Shown here piece after piece: positions 1 through 11,427 of a stretch of DNA of 64,000 nt (position 1 is the first letter of the stretch; each line of letters starts with the position of its first letter). The notes under the pieces are model-generated. The model was not told the DNA's origin, searched no databases, and saw only the letters and a program-made list of their open reading frames with translations. Made by a program: the position numbers and the translations under genes. The stretch lies in assembly GCF_037042905.1 (NCBI RefSeq), contig NC_087246.1, positions 51,026,001-51,090,000 on the forward strand, written 5' to 3'. This stretch comes from Lytechinus pictus. Lineage: Eukaryota.

Positions 1-264
1 CGCATGAAAATTGTTTCATAGAAGCATTATGAATTCATCCACATAGCACACATACTTAGATAGGGAAACGTTTAAAGGTGATTTACCTATTTGCATAATG
101 GTCTCAGCAGTGACAAAGAGTTATCATCATCTGATAACCAGCCCCAAAAATATTGTGAATGTGTTAATTTATTTCTTGGAACATCAAACACAACTGTATT
201 TCCAACCAGCCAGAACGGAGTTATGGGGATTTATGCTTGATAATCTTGATTGTCAATGGAATGA

Positions 265-570
265 CATTGATGATGATGATGATGATAATAATAGTAATAA
301 TGATAGCTGGACTTATAAAGCGCTTATTGCCTTAGGATACAAAGGACTGCAATTATTATACCCCGGCTTTATAGCTGTGCTGCCATATTATGATATTGAA
401 GCATATGAAGCATTCAAGGAATTTCTCCCTACCGGGCACCCATTCACCTCTCCTGAGTTGAGTGCAGCAAAATGTTCGTAAATTTCTTGCTGAAGGAAAA
501 CACACCACGGCTTGGAATCGAACCCACGTCCCTCAGATTAAAAGACGAGAGTTATAACCACGAGACCCCG
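265..570 (-). mobile_element. tRNA-derived SINE with (ATC/ATT)n tail
   Basis: The minus strand has a tRNA-like head with B-box GGTTCGATTCC, followed by GTGTTTTCCTTCAGCAAGAAATTT...GCTGCACT...GGTGAATGGG and a trinucleotide tail at about 265-305. The same body recurs at about 52120-52340 in the opposite orientation. Confidence 0.75.
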
Positions 571-664
571 ACGATTATGAAGATAATAATTCCTTCCTTC
601 CCTTGCTGTAATGAACAGAACGAACGAGGTATTTTTTATTGTTTGCCTTTTTTCTCTTTTTCAG

Positions 665-1789
665 ATCTTAGTTTACTGTAAATACAACGACGATGAGGAT
701 GATGAAGATTGCGACTCGAGGATAAACGACACACGTAGAAAAGCTCCGATTGAATCAGACCGTCCGGAGGTCGTGCGAGAGACATACGCCGACATCGCTG
801 ATGCTTGCTTCAAACATGGAGGCCACGTGATCAATGCTGTACAGATCGTTGACATGCTGACGGTGGCAGCGCTGTATCTTCAGTTGTCGGGTGCCCTACT
901 GGTAGATACCTTTCCGCAAGCTGGATTAAACCGGTTTCTCTGGACAGCCATAACCGTCGTCGTGCTTCTTCCAACGGTGCTCTTCAAGAATCTTACCAGG
1001 ATATCGTGGTTGAGCCTGGTGGCTTTAATCGCTCTTGCCGTTATGTTATCAAGCGTAGTGTGGTACAGCTTTGGTCGTAGCATCCGCTGGAAGATGGAGA
1101 GCATCCCGCCGTTTTCCATCGAGCCCTTCGCCATCAGCGCCGCCATGATATCTCTCAATTTTGGGGCGCAGTTCTTGATGCCGGGAGTGGAAGGCAGTAT
1201 GCGTGAACCTTCAAAATTCAACACGATGCTCAACTACTCCTACATAGTTACAGGGTTTCTCAACGTTGGCTTCTCCCTCTTCGCCTTCTTGACCTTTGTG
1301 GAAGACACGCAGGAGTTCGTCACTTACAACATGCCTCGAGGACCACTCCAAGCTACTGTCAGTTGTCTTTTCGTCATCAAGTCTTTACTTACTTACCCGC
1401 TTATGATTTTTGTCATCGTGAGTACCGTCGACTCAATGAAGTTGTCGTTCCTGCCGCGTTGTTATCCAGAACAAGATGAGCGTTGTCCTCCTATTTGGGC
1501 CATCATTTTTAGGGTTATCCTAGTAGGCATGTCTTTCCTGATGGCTGTGGCAATTCCGCACTTCTCGTTGCTGATGGGTGTTTCTGGGAGTCTCACCGTA
1601 CCATGGCTGGACTATATATTTCCGTGTCTGTTTTATTTAAAGCTGAGAAAGACCAATATAGGAATGCTGGAGAAAGCATATCTTTGGTTCATCATCTTGC
1701 TAGGTGGAATAGCAGGTGCCGTAGGACTTTTCTATTCGTGTAGAGCTATGGTTAGGGCAATGTTAGGAGAAATCAATGATGGCTGGTAG
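665..1789 (+). CDS. Terminal coding exon of an SLC32/VIAAT (VGAT)-like amino-acid transporter (Aa_trans family); 5' exon(s) lie upstream, probably outside the window
   Basis: Polypyrimidine tract plus CAG acceptor at 662-664 (phase 0). The translation is collinear with the VGAT C-terminal part: VRETYADIADAC, FKNLTRISWLS, PGVEGSMREPSKF, KSLLTYPL, IPHFSLLMGVSGSLT. The ATG at 611 lies in intron sequence. Confidence 0.9.
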   Translation: MLVYCKYNDDEDDEDCDSRINDTRRKAPIESDRPEVVRETYADIADACFKHGGHVINAVQIVDMLTVAALYLQLSGALLVDTFPQAGLNRFLWTAITVVVLLPTVLFKNLTRISWLSLVALIALAVMLSSVVWYSFGRSIRWKMESIPPFSIEPFAISAAMISLNFGAQFLMPGVEGSMREPSKFNTMLNYSYIVTGFLNVGFSLFAFLTFVEDTQEFVTYNMPRGPLQATVSCLFVIKSLLTYPLMIFVIVSTVDSMKLSFLPRCYPEQDERCPPIWAIIFRVILVGMSFLMAVAIPHFSLLMGVSGSLTVPWLDYIFPCLFYLKLRKTNIGMLEKAYLWFIILLGGIAGAVGLFYSCRAMVRAMLGEINDGW

Positions 1790-2560
1790 TAGCTGCTCAC
1801 TGAACCAGACTGTGGTTACTTTCATCTTTCGTGCACGGATATTCAATTTGATGTTATTCTTAGGTTCAGCCAACAAAACTATCAGTAGACTTACTAAAAA
1901 TTTAAAATATGATGATTTGTGTGGAATGTACCTTGCATGTGGTGTATGAAACCATGAAGTGAATGGAAGCAGATTCTGATCAGGGGCATGTTGGGCATGA
2001 AATTGTACAAAATTATGTCTGAAACCAAGGTCAAGAGCAGTCTGGCAACCACGTTGATGCCGTCTCTAACACCAGACTTTGATTTCATTCAGTGGTTTGG
2101 ATGAGAATCAAACTCTGTTCAGGTATTTAATGGACCACTCGCCCATGTTTTTATAAAAGTTAAAGACCAAACGAGTTTTTCCATTACCACCACTCCCACC
2201 ACTCCTATCCTTTTCCCCTTTTTTTCTTGCTTTGAAGATCTTTACCGATCTTAGTCAATATGTGCAATCTTTCTCCACTCTTGTTTGTCACAATCATGAT
2301 TAATTATTTTCATAATTAAAGAAAAACCAAATGATTTTGCCCCTACATATTTTAGTCAACCATAGTGAAAATTCAACCAATTTGTGAAGCTTGAGTATCA
2401 CACATCTCATTGGCAAACATGTTAATAAGTCGATTGACTAGAAGAAAATTGTGGCGGTAAACATAAATTTGACGAACGGACAAATTCTTTCGTCAACTCC
2501 CATTAGAGGTTATTCGGATCATTATCATCTAGACATTGAATTCAAGAAAAACCTTTGGGC

Positions 2561-3458
2561 TGGTATTCTGATAACCATGGTTTAGTTAAACCTGGCTTAA
2601 AGGGGAATCCAACCCAAATAAAAACTTGTTTCTATAAGAAAGAGAAAATCAGACAAGTTGATAGGTGAAAGTTTGAACAATATTGGACAAACAACAAGAA
2701 AGTTGTGAATTTTTAAAAGTTGTAAATATTGGTAATCACTATACCCATGGAGACTTCAAATTGGCCGCATATGGGATGTCATAGTGATGTAAGGCAAGGA
2801 CTACTCTTCTATGTACTCCAATACATATTATGGCTAAAATGTAATTTTTCCCCAAAGTTTTTTTTCAAATTATATTTTTCTTTCATGAGGACATAAAACA
2901 ATATACTACCTGGGTATATATTTAGATTACTGCCCCAGGGGAATGGGTTCTTAAGAGAAAACCACATATCCCTAATAATAAAGTACATGGCCTATGGGAA
3001 AGTTGTCCTTGCCCCTTGTCATAATTTACTTACCCAGTTGCCAATTTGAAATCTACATACTATTAGTGATCTCAATTTTAAAGCAGCTATAACTTTCTTA
3101 TTGCTTGTCCGATTTCTTTCAAACTTTCACCATTCTGTTTAATTTATTTTTCTCCTTCCCAACACAACATTTTATGGCCAAGGCTGGATTCCCCTTTAAC
3201 TTAGACCACACTTTTATGGAGTGTCAGTTGTCAACTCAATCGCCACTTCAAAAATAACCTTACCCTGCTGCAAAAAGTTGTCAAAAAATAATAAAAGAAA
3301 AGGAAAATAGATAAAATATGATGAATTTCAATTAATTTATTGGTACATTATCATTTCCATGAATATGTATTATTATGACGCCAAGCATTCCATAAAAGTG
3401 TGGTTTGAAATTCTAGTTTGGACTAGGGTTATACCAAGGTTTAGTTATCAGAATACCA
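2561..3458. mobile_element. Non-autonomous TIR element hosting a nested MITE
   Basis: Perfect 15-bp inverted ends TGGTATTCTGATAAC (2561-2575) and GTTATCAGAATACCA (3444-3458), plus an internal inverted pair ACCACACTTTTATGGA/TCCATAAAAGTGTGGT. Confidence 0.7.
2601..3195. mobile_element. Kolobok/T2-type MITE
   Basis: TTAA target duplication (2597-2600, 3196-3199) and inverted termini AGGGGAATCCA.../...TGGATTCCCCT; no ORF. Confidence 0.8.
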
Positions 3459-3588
3459 CGCGTTCTCTTTTCGTACCACCATTGCCCAATATTCCTATGA
3501 ACCCTTCTTTTAATTCAGGAGATGGATAGATCGACAGTCAAAATGAAAGGATTTCCTTGCCAAACCCTGAAATATAACCGAGCCGATT

Positions 3589-4136
3589 CACGGCCGTACG
3601 CAGATTTTTTTCCCGGGGGGGGGGGGGCAAGACGCATACAAATTTTCGGGTCAAAAGAAACCCTCAAAAGTGAGGGAGCGATGCGACCGAAGTTGTCATA
3701 GGGGGCCCCTTTGAATTTTCTGAAGTGAAGCTAAAATGTTAATGCACAATTCCGTGATTTTCTGAAAGTTTTCATAACAAAGAAAAAAACTTTTAAAATT
3801 TCTGGGGGCAACTGCGCTACCCCCCTGCGTACGGCCATGGCCCGATTGAAATTTATGATATTTGAGCGAATTCCTTGCCTTCTTTTTTTTCGGGTCAAAA
3901 GAAACCCTCAAAAGTGAGGGAGCGATGCGACCGAGGTTGTCATAAGGGGCCCCTTTGCATTTTCTGAAGTGAAGCTAACATGTTAATGCACACTTTCGGT
4001 GATTTTCTGAAAGTTTTCATAAAAAGAAAAGAAACTTTTCAAAATTTCTGGGGGCAACTGCGCTACCCCCCTGCGTAAGGCCATGGCCCGATTGAAATAT
4101 ATGATATTTGAGCGAATTCCTTGCCTTCTTTTTTTT
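3589..4136. repeat. Small hAT-like MITE (3589-3839) overlapped by an about 244-bp tandem duplication (3647-3890 / 3891-4136)
   Basis: TIR CACGGCCGTACGCAG / CTGCGTACGGCCATG. Two near-identical copies begin with CGGGTCAAAAGAAACCCTC. Confidence 0.75.
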
Positions 4137-4799
4137 CTTGTGGAATTTTTTATTATTTGTGCTATACTCGATATGTGTTTTTATGTCCGAGACACATTCA
4201 TCCTGATGTAATGTTGTACACAATTATTTCCAATTATCTTTCTTATTATTTGATCTTTATTATACGAATGTGGATATGACTGGTAATAGTAATATGCAAT
4301 GTGATATCGAAAGTTCAGAACCCTGTTTGAATTCATAGTCAAGGATTCGAAATATTTTAAGTTAAAATAAAAATGATGTAAACTCTGCTTTCACTTTCGA
4401 GTCCGAATTCTTTCAAATATATCATAATACACAGAAATGGCTTTTTATTTCAACTAATATTAATCAATAGAGAGAAAACAGACAGAAAGAAAGAGAGAGG
4501 GGAACAGATGCACAGAAGAGAGACAGAGACGGGTAGAGAGAGGGGGAGCTAGAAAGATTTTAAGTTTTTAGTGGTACAGCTCAAACAAGATTAATTAGAA
4601 TACATTGTATTTTGAACGCATTTGTTTATTCACACAGTTTGGTTCTCTAAATTATTCCCCAAGAGTGTTTGACCAAACTTCAATATACAGAGCACACAAA
4701 GATTAACAAAGATAAAAGGATAGAGATAGATGGATGGATAGACAAGATAGGTAGGTAGGTAGATATATAGATAGATATATAGACGGACAGACAGATATA

Positions 4800-5771
4800 C
4801 AGTGCGTATCAAAAAAAGTTTACACTTAGAAAAAATCCTGTAAAATTATACATTTGTAATATCCTGAAGATTTTTCCACATTTTAACTTTGGTACAGATC
4901 AATTTAAGCAAATGATGATATAACTGTCGAAAAATATTTCCGCTTGAGTGAGCACCATTTACTTTTGAAAAGATAGTGAAAAATGATTTGCGCAGAACTT
5001 TGATATAGTTATGCGAATAAAAGTAAACCTTAATCATGAAGAACACGTGGAATTTAGCTAGTAAAATTGATTTGAAGATATCTTTTACCTTTCTTAACGT
5101 GTTCCCTTGCCCAAAACACTTCGAAGAGTGCATTGCGCCCCACCCCACTCCCCCACACACCAAGGCCATCGTGACGATATTTGCTTTACACTGAGCTGTG
5201 ATTTACATGAAATGGCTTAGGCTTGATTTTCATTTTGTTAATCATTGTCAAGCTTGGAAAAAGTGTAGAGAATTAAGTATTAAATGAAAAATGAAATGCA
5301 AACCCACTTTAAATGATAAAACCTTAGTGAAAAAATACTGGAGATGTCTGATATAAACTTTTGTTCAGATTTATTTATTTCCTCAGATCCAGCTGGCACA
5401 AAAAGGGTAAATTTTGTGGTTATTTAGTGTTGAAATTTAAATTTGGGTGGCAAAATTGTTACAAAATGCTTGAATGTATCCGTTTTATTTCAATTGACTA
5501 AAAGTGCAAGTGAAATGTATGAGAAATGGTTCGCATGGTAAGTTTGATTTCGCCCTTTCCCCTTGACACAGCGTGAAAACGAGCATTTCTGCGCAAACAG
5601 ATTTCTGTGAGCTTTACAAAAATGGACAGTGCTCACTCAAGTGTAACATTCTGTCAAAATTTTTACTTTCATTGGATAGATGAGACCCAAACCCAAGATT
5701 ATATGTGAAAAAATTACCTACATGTTGTATATTTTTTAATTCCTAGGGCTTTTTCAAAGTGTAAACTTTTT
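4800..5771. mobile_element. Tc1/mariner-like non-autonomous element, right end cut by the gap
   Basis: Left end TA+CAGTGCGTATCAAAAAAAGTTTACACTT; inverted AAGTGTAAACTTTTT immediately before the N run. Confidence 0.65.
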
Positions 5772-6021
5772 NNNNNNNNNNNNNNNNNNNNNNNNNNNNN
5801 NNNNNNNNNNNNNNNNNNNNNNNNNNNNNNNNNNNNNNNNNNNNNNNNNNNNNNNNNNNNNNNNNNNNNNNNNNNNNNNNNNNNNNNNNNNNNNNNNNNN
5901 NNNNNNNNNNNNNNNNNNNNNNNNNNNNNNNNNNNNNNNNNNNNNNNNNNNNNNNNNNNNNNNNNNNNNNNNNNNNNNNNNNNNNNNNNNNNNNNNNNNN
6001 NNNNNNNNNNNNNNNNNNNNN
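5772..6021. other. Assembly gap (250 N)
   Basis: Run of N characters. Confidence 1.
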
Positions 6022-7904
6022 GGAGGATAAAAAGAAATGTGATAATTGAATATCATTCTTCAATGTCTCAACAAGTATCAACAAGTGCATCTCGGATCAC
6101 GAGTTTCTATTTGTGTTCATGAATCAGATAAAAACTATCTTCTTCCTCTTTTTATTTTTGTTTTCTTGAGTTCCTTCCCTATGTTTTGACAATATACATG
6201 TGTGTGTGTGTGTGTGTTCCTGTCTCATTCATATTATTTTTTCATCACCATATATATATACACTTTAAAGGGGAAGTTCACCCTGACAAAAAGTTTATAG
6301 TTAAGATCACTAGATGAAAAAGCTGCTATAGGTGCAACTATTCATTTTGCTATTTTCACTTTTGCATTTTATTAGAAAAAAATAGATATTTCTGACTTGA
6401 GTATAGCAACAATAATAACGGTACTCATCATTATAATAAGCACCAGCGGGAATAAAGGAGATGTGTTTGTCGATAAGGAAGGGTAGGGAGCAAGCAGGAA
6501 TATCTGTCATTTAAAAATAAGCAATTTGAACCAAAAAATGTTACACTCACGCTACAGTACTCTGATTACAGATTCAATATGATAATATATATGTATAATT
6601 TTTGTAGTTCTATTTGAAAGTCATTTGGAAGAGTACTAATTAAAAATAATTTTTAAAATCAAACAGAAAATGTACAGTAAGTAGTTAAAGCAACAACAAT
6701 TAAGCAAACAAGGGAACGGACTAAAAGAAAATGTTTGTATGGAGCTTCAATGGCCACTTATATTGCAAAAAGTGTAGGTAAGAAACTTTCATTTAATAAT
6801 CATTTTTTAACATTCCATAACAATAAGCAAACATTTCTCACCATAATGATTCACATACATATCATTCTCAGTAAAATAGAAATTAAACTTGGAAAATTTC
6901 TCTTTTTCAAGACCAAGGCCAATTGCATGCCTAACGCACTACAACACTGCAGCGTTTGTCGGCGGTTTCCCCCTTTCCCCACCAACCCCACCCTGTCGCT
7001 CCGTCCTCTTTGTTCTTCCTTATTTATCAATTTTTGCGTCCTATAATTTCTTTCTGGACCCCTTCCCTCCTCACTGGAGTCTTTGTTGTGAAAGTTATTA
7101 TAAACTCTTTTTACGAGTGAATTACAAAAACGTTGTATTTGAAAGTCCAACGGTATTTAGAAATATCCTAACGATAAATAAAATAAAATATTCCTTTACT
7201 TCTACTTTAAGTGTTTTGGCACAAGACCATATCTAAACCCAATATTCCATAAATTATCTTGAGAAGGAAATACGTGAATAAAGAAAACTTGACACGCATA
7301 CTTGCCCTAATTCATTTTATGATATATACACAATTTTAAATATGACTAAAGGCAATGTTACTTTCGTTATTACAATCAAACTGTGGTTTGTATGGTCTGC
7401 TCACATTGTATACCCTGCATGTAATAGCTGTCAATCATTTCCATGCTGTCTGGAGCAGTGTGTATAGGTACGAACTACGAGAGGTCTGATTCTTTGAGTT
7501 GTGAAGCATTTTCATGAAAGATCCGGGGTAAGTAATTCTCTTATACTTTGTTTTAGGGTGATAAATTTTCAACTACAAGGATTTATGGTTCAATTCTTTT
7601 AAATAGCTACAAGCTGCAACATGTACAGTGGGGATTTGTTTATGGGTTTTTTAGTCAGAGATCTAATTTTGGTGAAAATTAGCAGAGTCGGTAATGCTAA
7701 CACCATGAGTGATTCAGCTAGTGCGACGTATCCCAATTGAAACGGCCTCACTAAGATTGCGAAATAGTTTTAATAAGAACATTTTTCTCACTTGCTTTTA
7801 TTCATTCATGTATCAAAATGGTAATGAGTATTGTTATCGTAACTGTTGATATCGGTAAACACATATCAATTAGATTATAATATAGACGAACATTATTTTG
7901 TGGC

Positions 7905-8620
7905 GTTATTCCGAAGGTTCGTTAAATTAGAAACGAAATAAGGTTCTTTATTCCGAAGGTTCGTGAGTCCGAAAACGAAATAAGGTTCGTTATTCCGAAG
8001 GTTCGTGAGTCCGAAAACGAAAAAGGTTCGTTTTTCCGAAGGTTCGTGAGTCCGAAAACGGAATAATATTCGTTATTCCCAAGGCTCGTTAGTCCGAAAA
8101 TGAAATAAGGTTCGTTATTCCGAAGTTTGGTAATTCGATAAATGAAATAATCTGTGGCAAAGCCGAGAAAACAGGAAAAATATCCGTTTGCACCAAAATG
8201 CCCATTTTGACATATAAGTGCCCTTTTTGGCTTTGCCCCCCAAACAAAATACGTCCCGCCGCCCCTGCCTTCCCATCCTCATAACAATTGAACAGCAACG
8301 GTGTTTCTATCCCCCCCCCCCCCCCTCCACCACACTTGTCCTTCCTGTTTCAAGGCTTCGCCACAGATTATTCTATTTTTCGGATTAACGAACCTTCGGA
8401 ATAATGAACCTTATTTCGTTTTCGGACTAACGAACCTTCGGATTAACAAACCTTATTTCGTTTTCAGGTTAACGAGCCTTCGGAATTACGAACCATCGAA
8501 ATTACGAACCTTCGGAATAACGAACCATCGGAATATTCGAACCTTCGGAATAACCGATGTAACCCAGGGAAATATTCGTTAGGGTATAGGCAATTTACGT
8601 GTTTCGGAATTACGAACCTT
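7905..8620. repeat. Foldback-type element with arms made of tandem sub-repeats
   Basis: Left arm has about six 42-bp units GTTATTCCGAAGGTTCGTGAGTCCGAAAACGAAATAAGGTTC (7905-8157). Right arm is the reverse complement with 16-bp subunits GAACCTTCGGAATAAC (from 8361). Confidence 0.8.
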
Positions 8621-9381
8621 CAGAACAGGGGCGGATTCAGGATTTGCAAAAAGGGGGTCACAATTTCCCGAGGATAATTTGACAAGCCAAAAAAAGTAGG
8701 TTTTCTCCTAAAATTGAAGGTCATTTCATGCATGCAATATTTGAAAAGCAAAAAAAAAAAAAAGGTCCTCATTTTTGTGTGAAGGACAAATATATGCTGT
8801 GACTTTCGAAAGAGGGGGCACACTCGTGTAAGACCGGCATATTCAAATTAAAAAAAATTGACTGTGGTTCTCAAATGATCCGCCAGTGCTTCGGAATTAC
8901 GGACTGTAATCTTTTTCCTCACAATATTTCAAGTTACGAATTGTTGGGGGTGAGGCTTACTTTGTCAAAAATGTAGTTTCGTCCACAAAACAGTCGACCG
9001 CAAGGTAGAATGGGTCGATAATAGCATCCCCGAAAATCTGACAAGTCCTCAGTGCATCCCTCCTAACAAAAGGGTTATCAACTAAAAACACAGTCGATAT
9101 TTTCTTAAAAGAAAATCTGACTAAAACAGGTTTACAAAAGAGAAGAAAGGGTATCAGATTATCAAGTCATACAAAATTGTCGGCAGTTTTTTTATTTGTC
9201 TTTTCCTTGTCTAACAGAAAGTATGTCAATTTCTTTTGGTACTATAGGTGACAACGAGACAAAATATCCTTCTTACCAGAGAGCCGGCGGTAAGAAGCAG
9301 CTGTTCAAAGGCATTCACGGTGTAAAAGTGTCGATGGTATAATATCAGCCTATATTCGTCATCGTCATCTTTATCCTAGTC

Positions 9382-11418
9382 ATGGTAGAACATCTAGATC
9401 AAAACAGCTCGACACAAACCACTCAGGTCTTCTCTGAAGACGCTGAAAATATCAGTCAAGACCGTCTTTCTCTCGACCCAGAGATTGATCCTCACGATCA
9501 TCAAATTGGACCTGATGTAGGAACTAGAACGTCCTCTGGTGATCGGAACCATTGGGTCACTGATCTAGTATCAAGGCAGAGAATCTCCCAGGGAACTAGT
9601 GCTTACCGTGTCGTTATGTATGTCATGGCAGCTACAGGACTCATCGTCATATATGTCCCGTTTCTTCCCCGGAAACATTCTGCAAAGACATTCTTCGCTA
9701 TGCTTTACGTTCTTCGTAATATATTTATGAATTTATTAGTAGTATCTGCACTCGTAGGTATGATATGGTTGACTCTGAGGGTAAAGAAATTGCATGAACG
9801 GGGATTGGTGCTGTGGCCTCAACGTTGTAAGCACTGTTTGAACATAATATGTCAGATCAAGTTCCGTGATTCAACCGTTGCCGTCGAGATTGGTGGCTTT
9901 TCCCCAAAACTGATTCCTGGTTCACTGAGTGAAGAACAACTTGACAACATCACAAGAGTCAGCAATGTAACGCTGAACATTTCGTATATATTTTCAGGTC
10001 TGGCTTTCCTATCCATACCACCTATCATAATGACAAATATCATGTGTTTAAACCAACACTCACCACACAACCCGACAGCCCAGACCAACAAGGAGCTGAC
10101 AATGCAGTTGTTGGTTGTTTTAAATCAATTTATCTATCTCTACATCTTGAATTTTCACTTCATCCCTACCTTTAAGGATGCCCACTTTGTTTCAGTGCCC
10201 AAGATATGGTGGTCTTTTGTCCTCCTAATCCAGGTTGCTATTTGGACATCCATCCAGAAGCTTTTGCGACCATTTGCAATTCTTGCTAATGGTGAGCACC
10301 GCACACCCTACCCGTGTCCGATGAATTCCACTTTAGGTGAAGTGCTTCATGGTATCAGTGATATTTCGCTAACATTTACAGTTGAACTTCCGGTTATGAT
10401 GGCACTTTTGCTAATTGAAATGTGGTCACAGATTCTCCCAGAGCATGTCAAATCCCTGATGAAAGACACAAACACATGCCAATCTACCATCTATATTAAA
10501 TCCATCACTCGACGTTCAAATTGGATCACTCTAAGAAACTTTACCAACAGAATTCTGAACAGAAGAAAGCTTTCCAAAAACCTATCTGAATTGTCACCAT
10601 TATTCAGTAATAATATTGAGATGGAGTCTGTACGTAGTTGTAATTTAGGCAACAGAATGAGTCATAATTTTACTTCAAGTTACCATCACCATTATAACAA
10701 GACTCTGAGAAACGAAACAGAAAAAGTATTATCAATAACTCTGCTGCTATGCGTCATATACTTTGGAATAAGCAATTACCTTCTATCTGGAGAAAATTAC
10801 CCCTATGCTGGCATCAACACCCAATGGTTTTTAGAAATGATGTTTTTCACGCCAGCGTTGCTGGTAATCATAAAACAGGCGAAAGTAACTAAAAAGGGCA
10901 ATCGAAATTTATCGACCAGATATGATGTACGTTCTGTCAACACCCCATCAGAAAAAAATAACATAATGCTTTTAATTTCTCTCTCTGGAGCATGTCTGTT
11001 TGATATGTTTTGTTTCGTGTCATCTTTAGGGAACCTCGTGTCAGGTCCTGAACTGTTATCCCATGAGGTGGTTCTTAACCTGATAAGCGTATTAAGCTGT
11101 GTCTTCGGTCTTCTTTGTAAATGCATCCAATCTACCTTTATCTTGAAGGTAGAGCATCAGCAACCCAAAGACTACCAGGCAATGAGATGGACATCCCTAT
11201 GCTTACTGGCTGTAGGAATGGTCAATGCTACACAGTGGTTATTGGATAGTTTGACCCATGAAGAAGAGTGGCCTGTCTTGAGTATGTTCTTTGAAGGAAA
11301 TGTAGGACTGGTCATCGGGATGATATTTGTACCATTCCTACATTTGTACGAACTCCATATTGCCATCATGGCATATGAAATCTATAAACACAAACGAGAA
11401 GAAAAATTGTGCATCTGA
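9382..11418 (+). CDS. Otopetrin-like (OTOP family) proton channel, 678 aa, single coding exon
   Basis: Twelve hydrophobic segments in two 6-TM halves. Family motifs: LTFTVELPVMMALLLIEMW (cf. PFxIEYxxxxxxxLYxMW), IQSTFIL, VNATQW (cf. CNxxLW), VPFLHLYELH (cf. LPxxIFYRxH). Good Kozak context gtcATGG with an in-frame upstream stop. Confidence 0.85.
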   Translation: MVEHLDQNSSTQTTQVFSEDAENISQDRLSLDPEIDPHDHQIGPDVGTRTSSGDRNHWVTDLVSRQRISQGTSAYRVVMYVMAATGLIVIYVPFLPRKHSAKTFFAMLYVLRNIFMNLLVVSALVGMIWLTLRVKKLHERGLVLWPQRCKHCLNIICQIKFRDSTVAVEIGGFSPKLIPGSLSEEQLDNITRVSNVTLNISYIFSGLAFLSIPPIIMTNIMCLNQHSPHNPTAQTNKELTMQLLVVLNQFIYLYILNFHFIPTFKDAHFVSVPKIWWSFVLLIQVAIWTSIQKLLRPFAILANGEHRTPYPCPMNSTLGEVLHGISDISLTFTVELPVMMALLLIEMWSQILPEHVKSLMKDTNTCQSTIYIKSITRRSNWITLRNFTNRILNRRKLSKNLSELSPLFSNNIEMESVRSCNLGNRMSHNFTSSYHHHYNKTLRNETEKVLSITLLLCVIYFGISNYLLSGENYPYAGINTQWFLEMMFFTPALLVIIKQAKVTKKGNRNLSTRYDVRSVNTPSEKNNIMLLISLSGACLFDMFCFVSSLGNLVSGPELLSHEVVLNLISVLSCVFGLLCKCIQSTFILKVEHQQPKDYQAMRWTSLCLLAVGMVNATQWLLDSLTHEEEWPVLSMFFEGNVGLVIGMIFVPFLHLYELHIAIMAYEIYKHKREEKLCI

Positions 11419-11427
11419 ATTTCATAG

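Noticed and set aside
98-481. 127-aa ORF with a poly-Asp/Asn run
   Set aside because: It overlaps the antisense body and trinucleotide tail of a SINE in an intron.
611-664. ATG start of the 392-aa transporter ORF
   Set aside because: This segment is a polypyrimidine tract and acceptor; family similarity starts at 665 and the N-terminal TMs are missing.
5743-6090. ORFs containing X runs
   Set aside because: Artefacts of the N gap.
7905-8157. CRISPR-like regularly spaced repeats
   Set aside because: The intervening sequences are themselves repeated (no unique spacers), an inverted mirror arm exists, there are no cas genes, and the context is eukaryotic.
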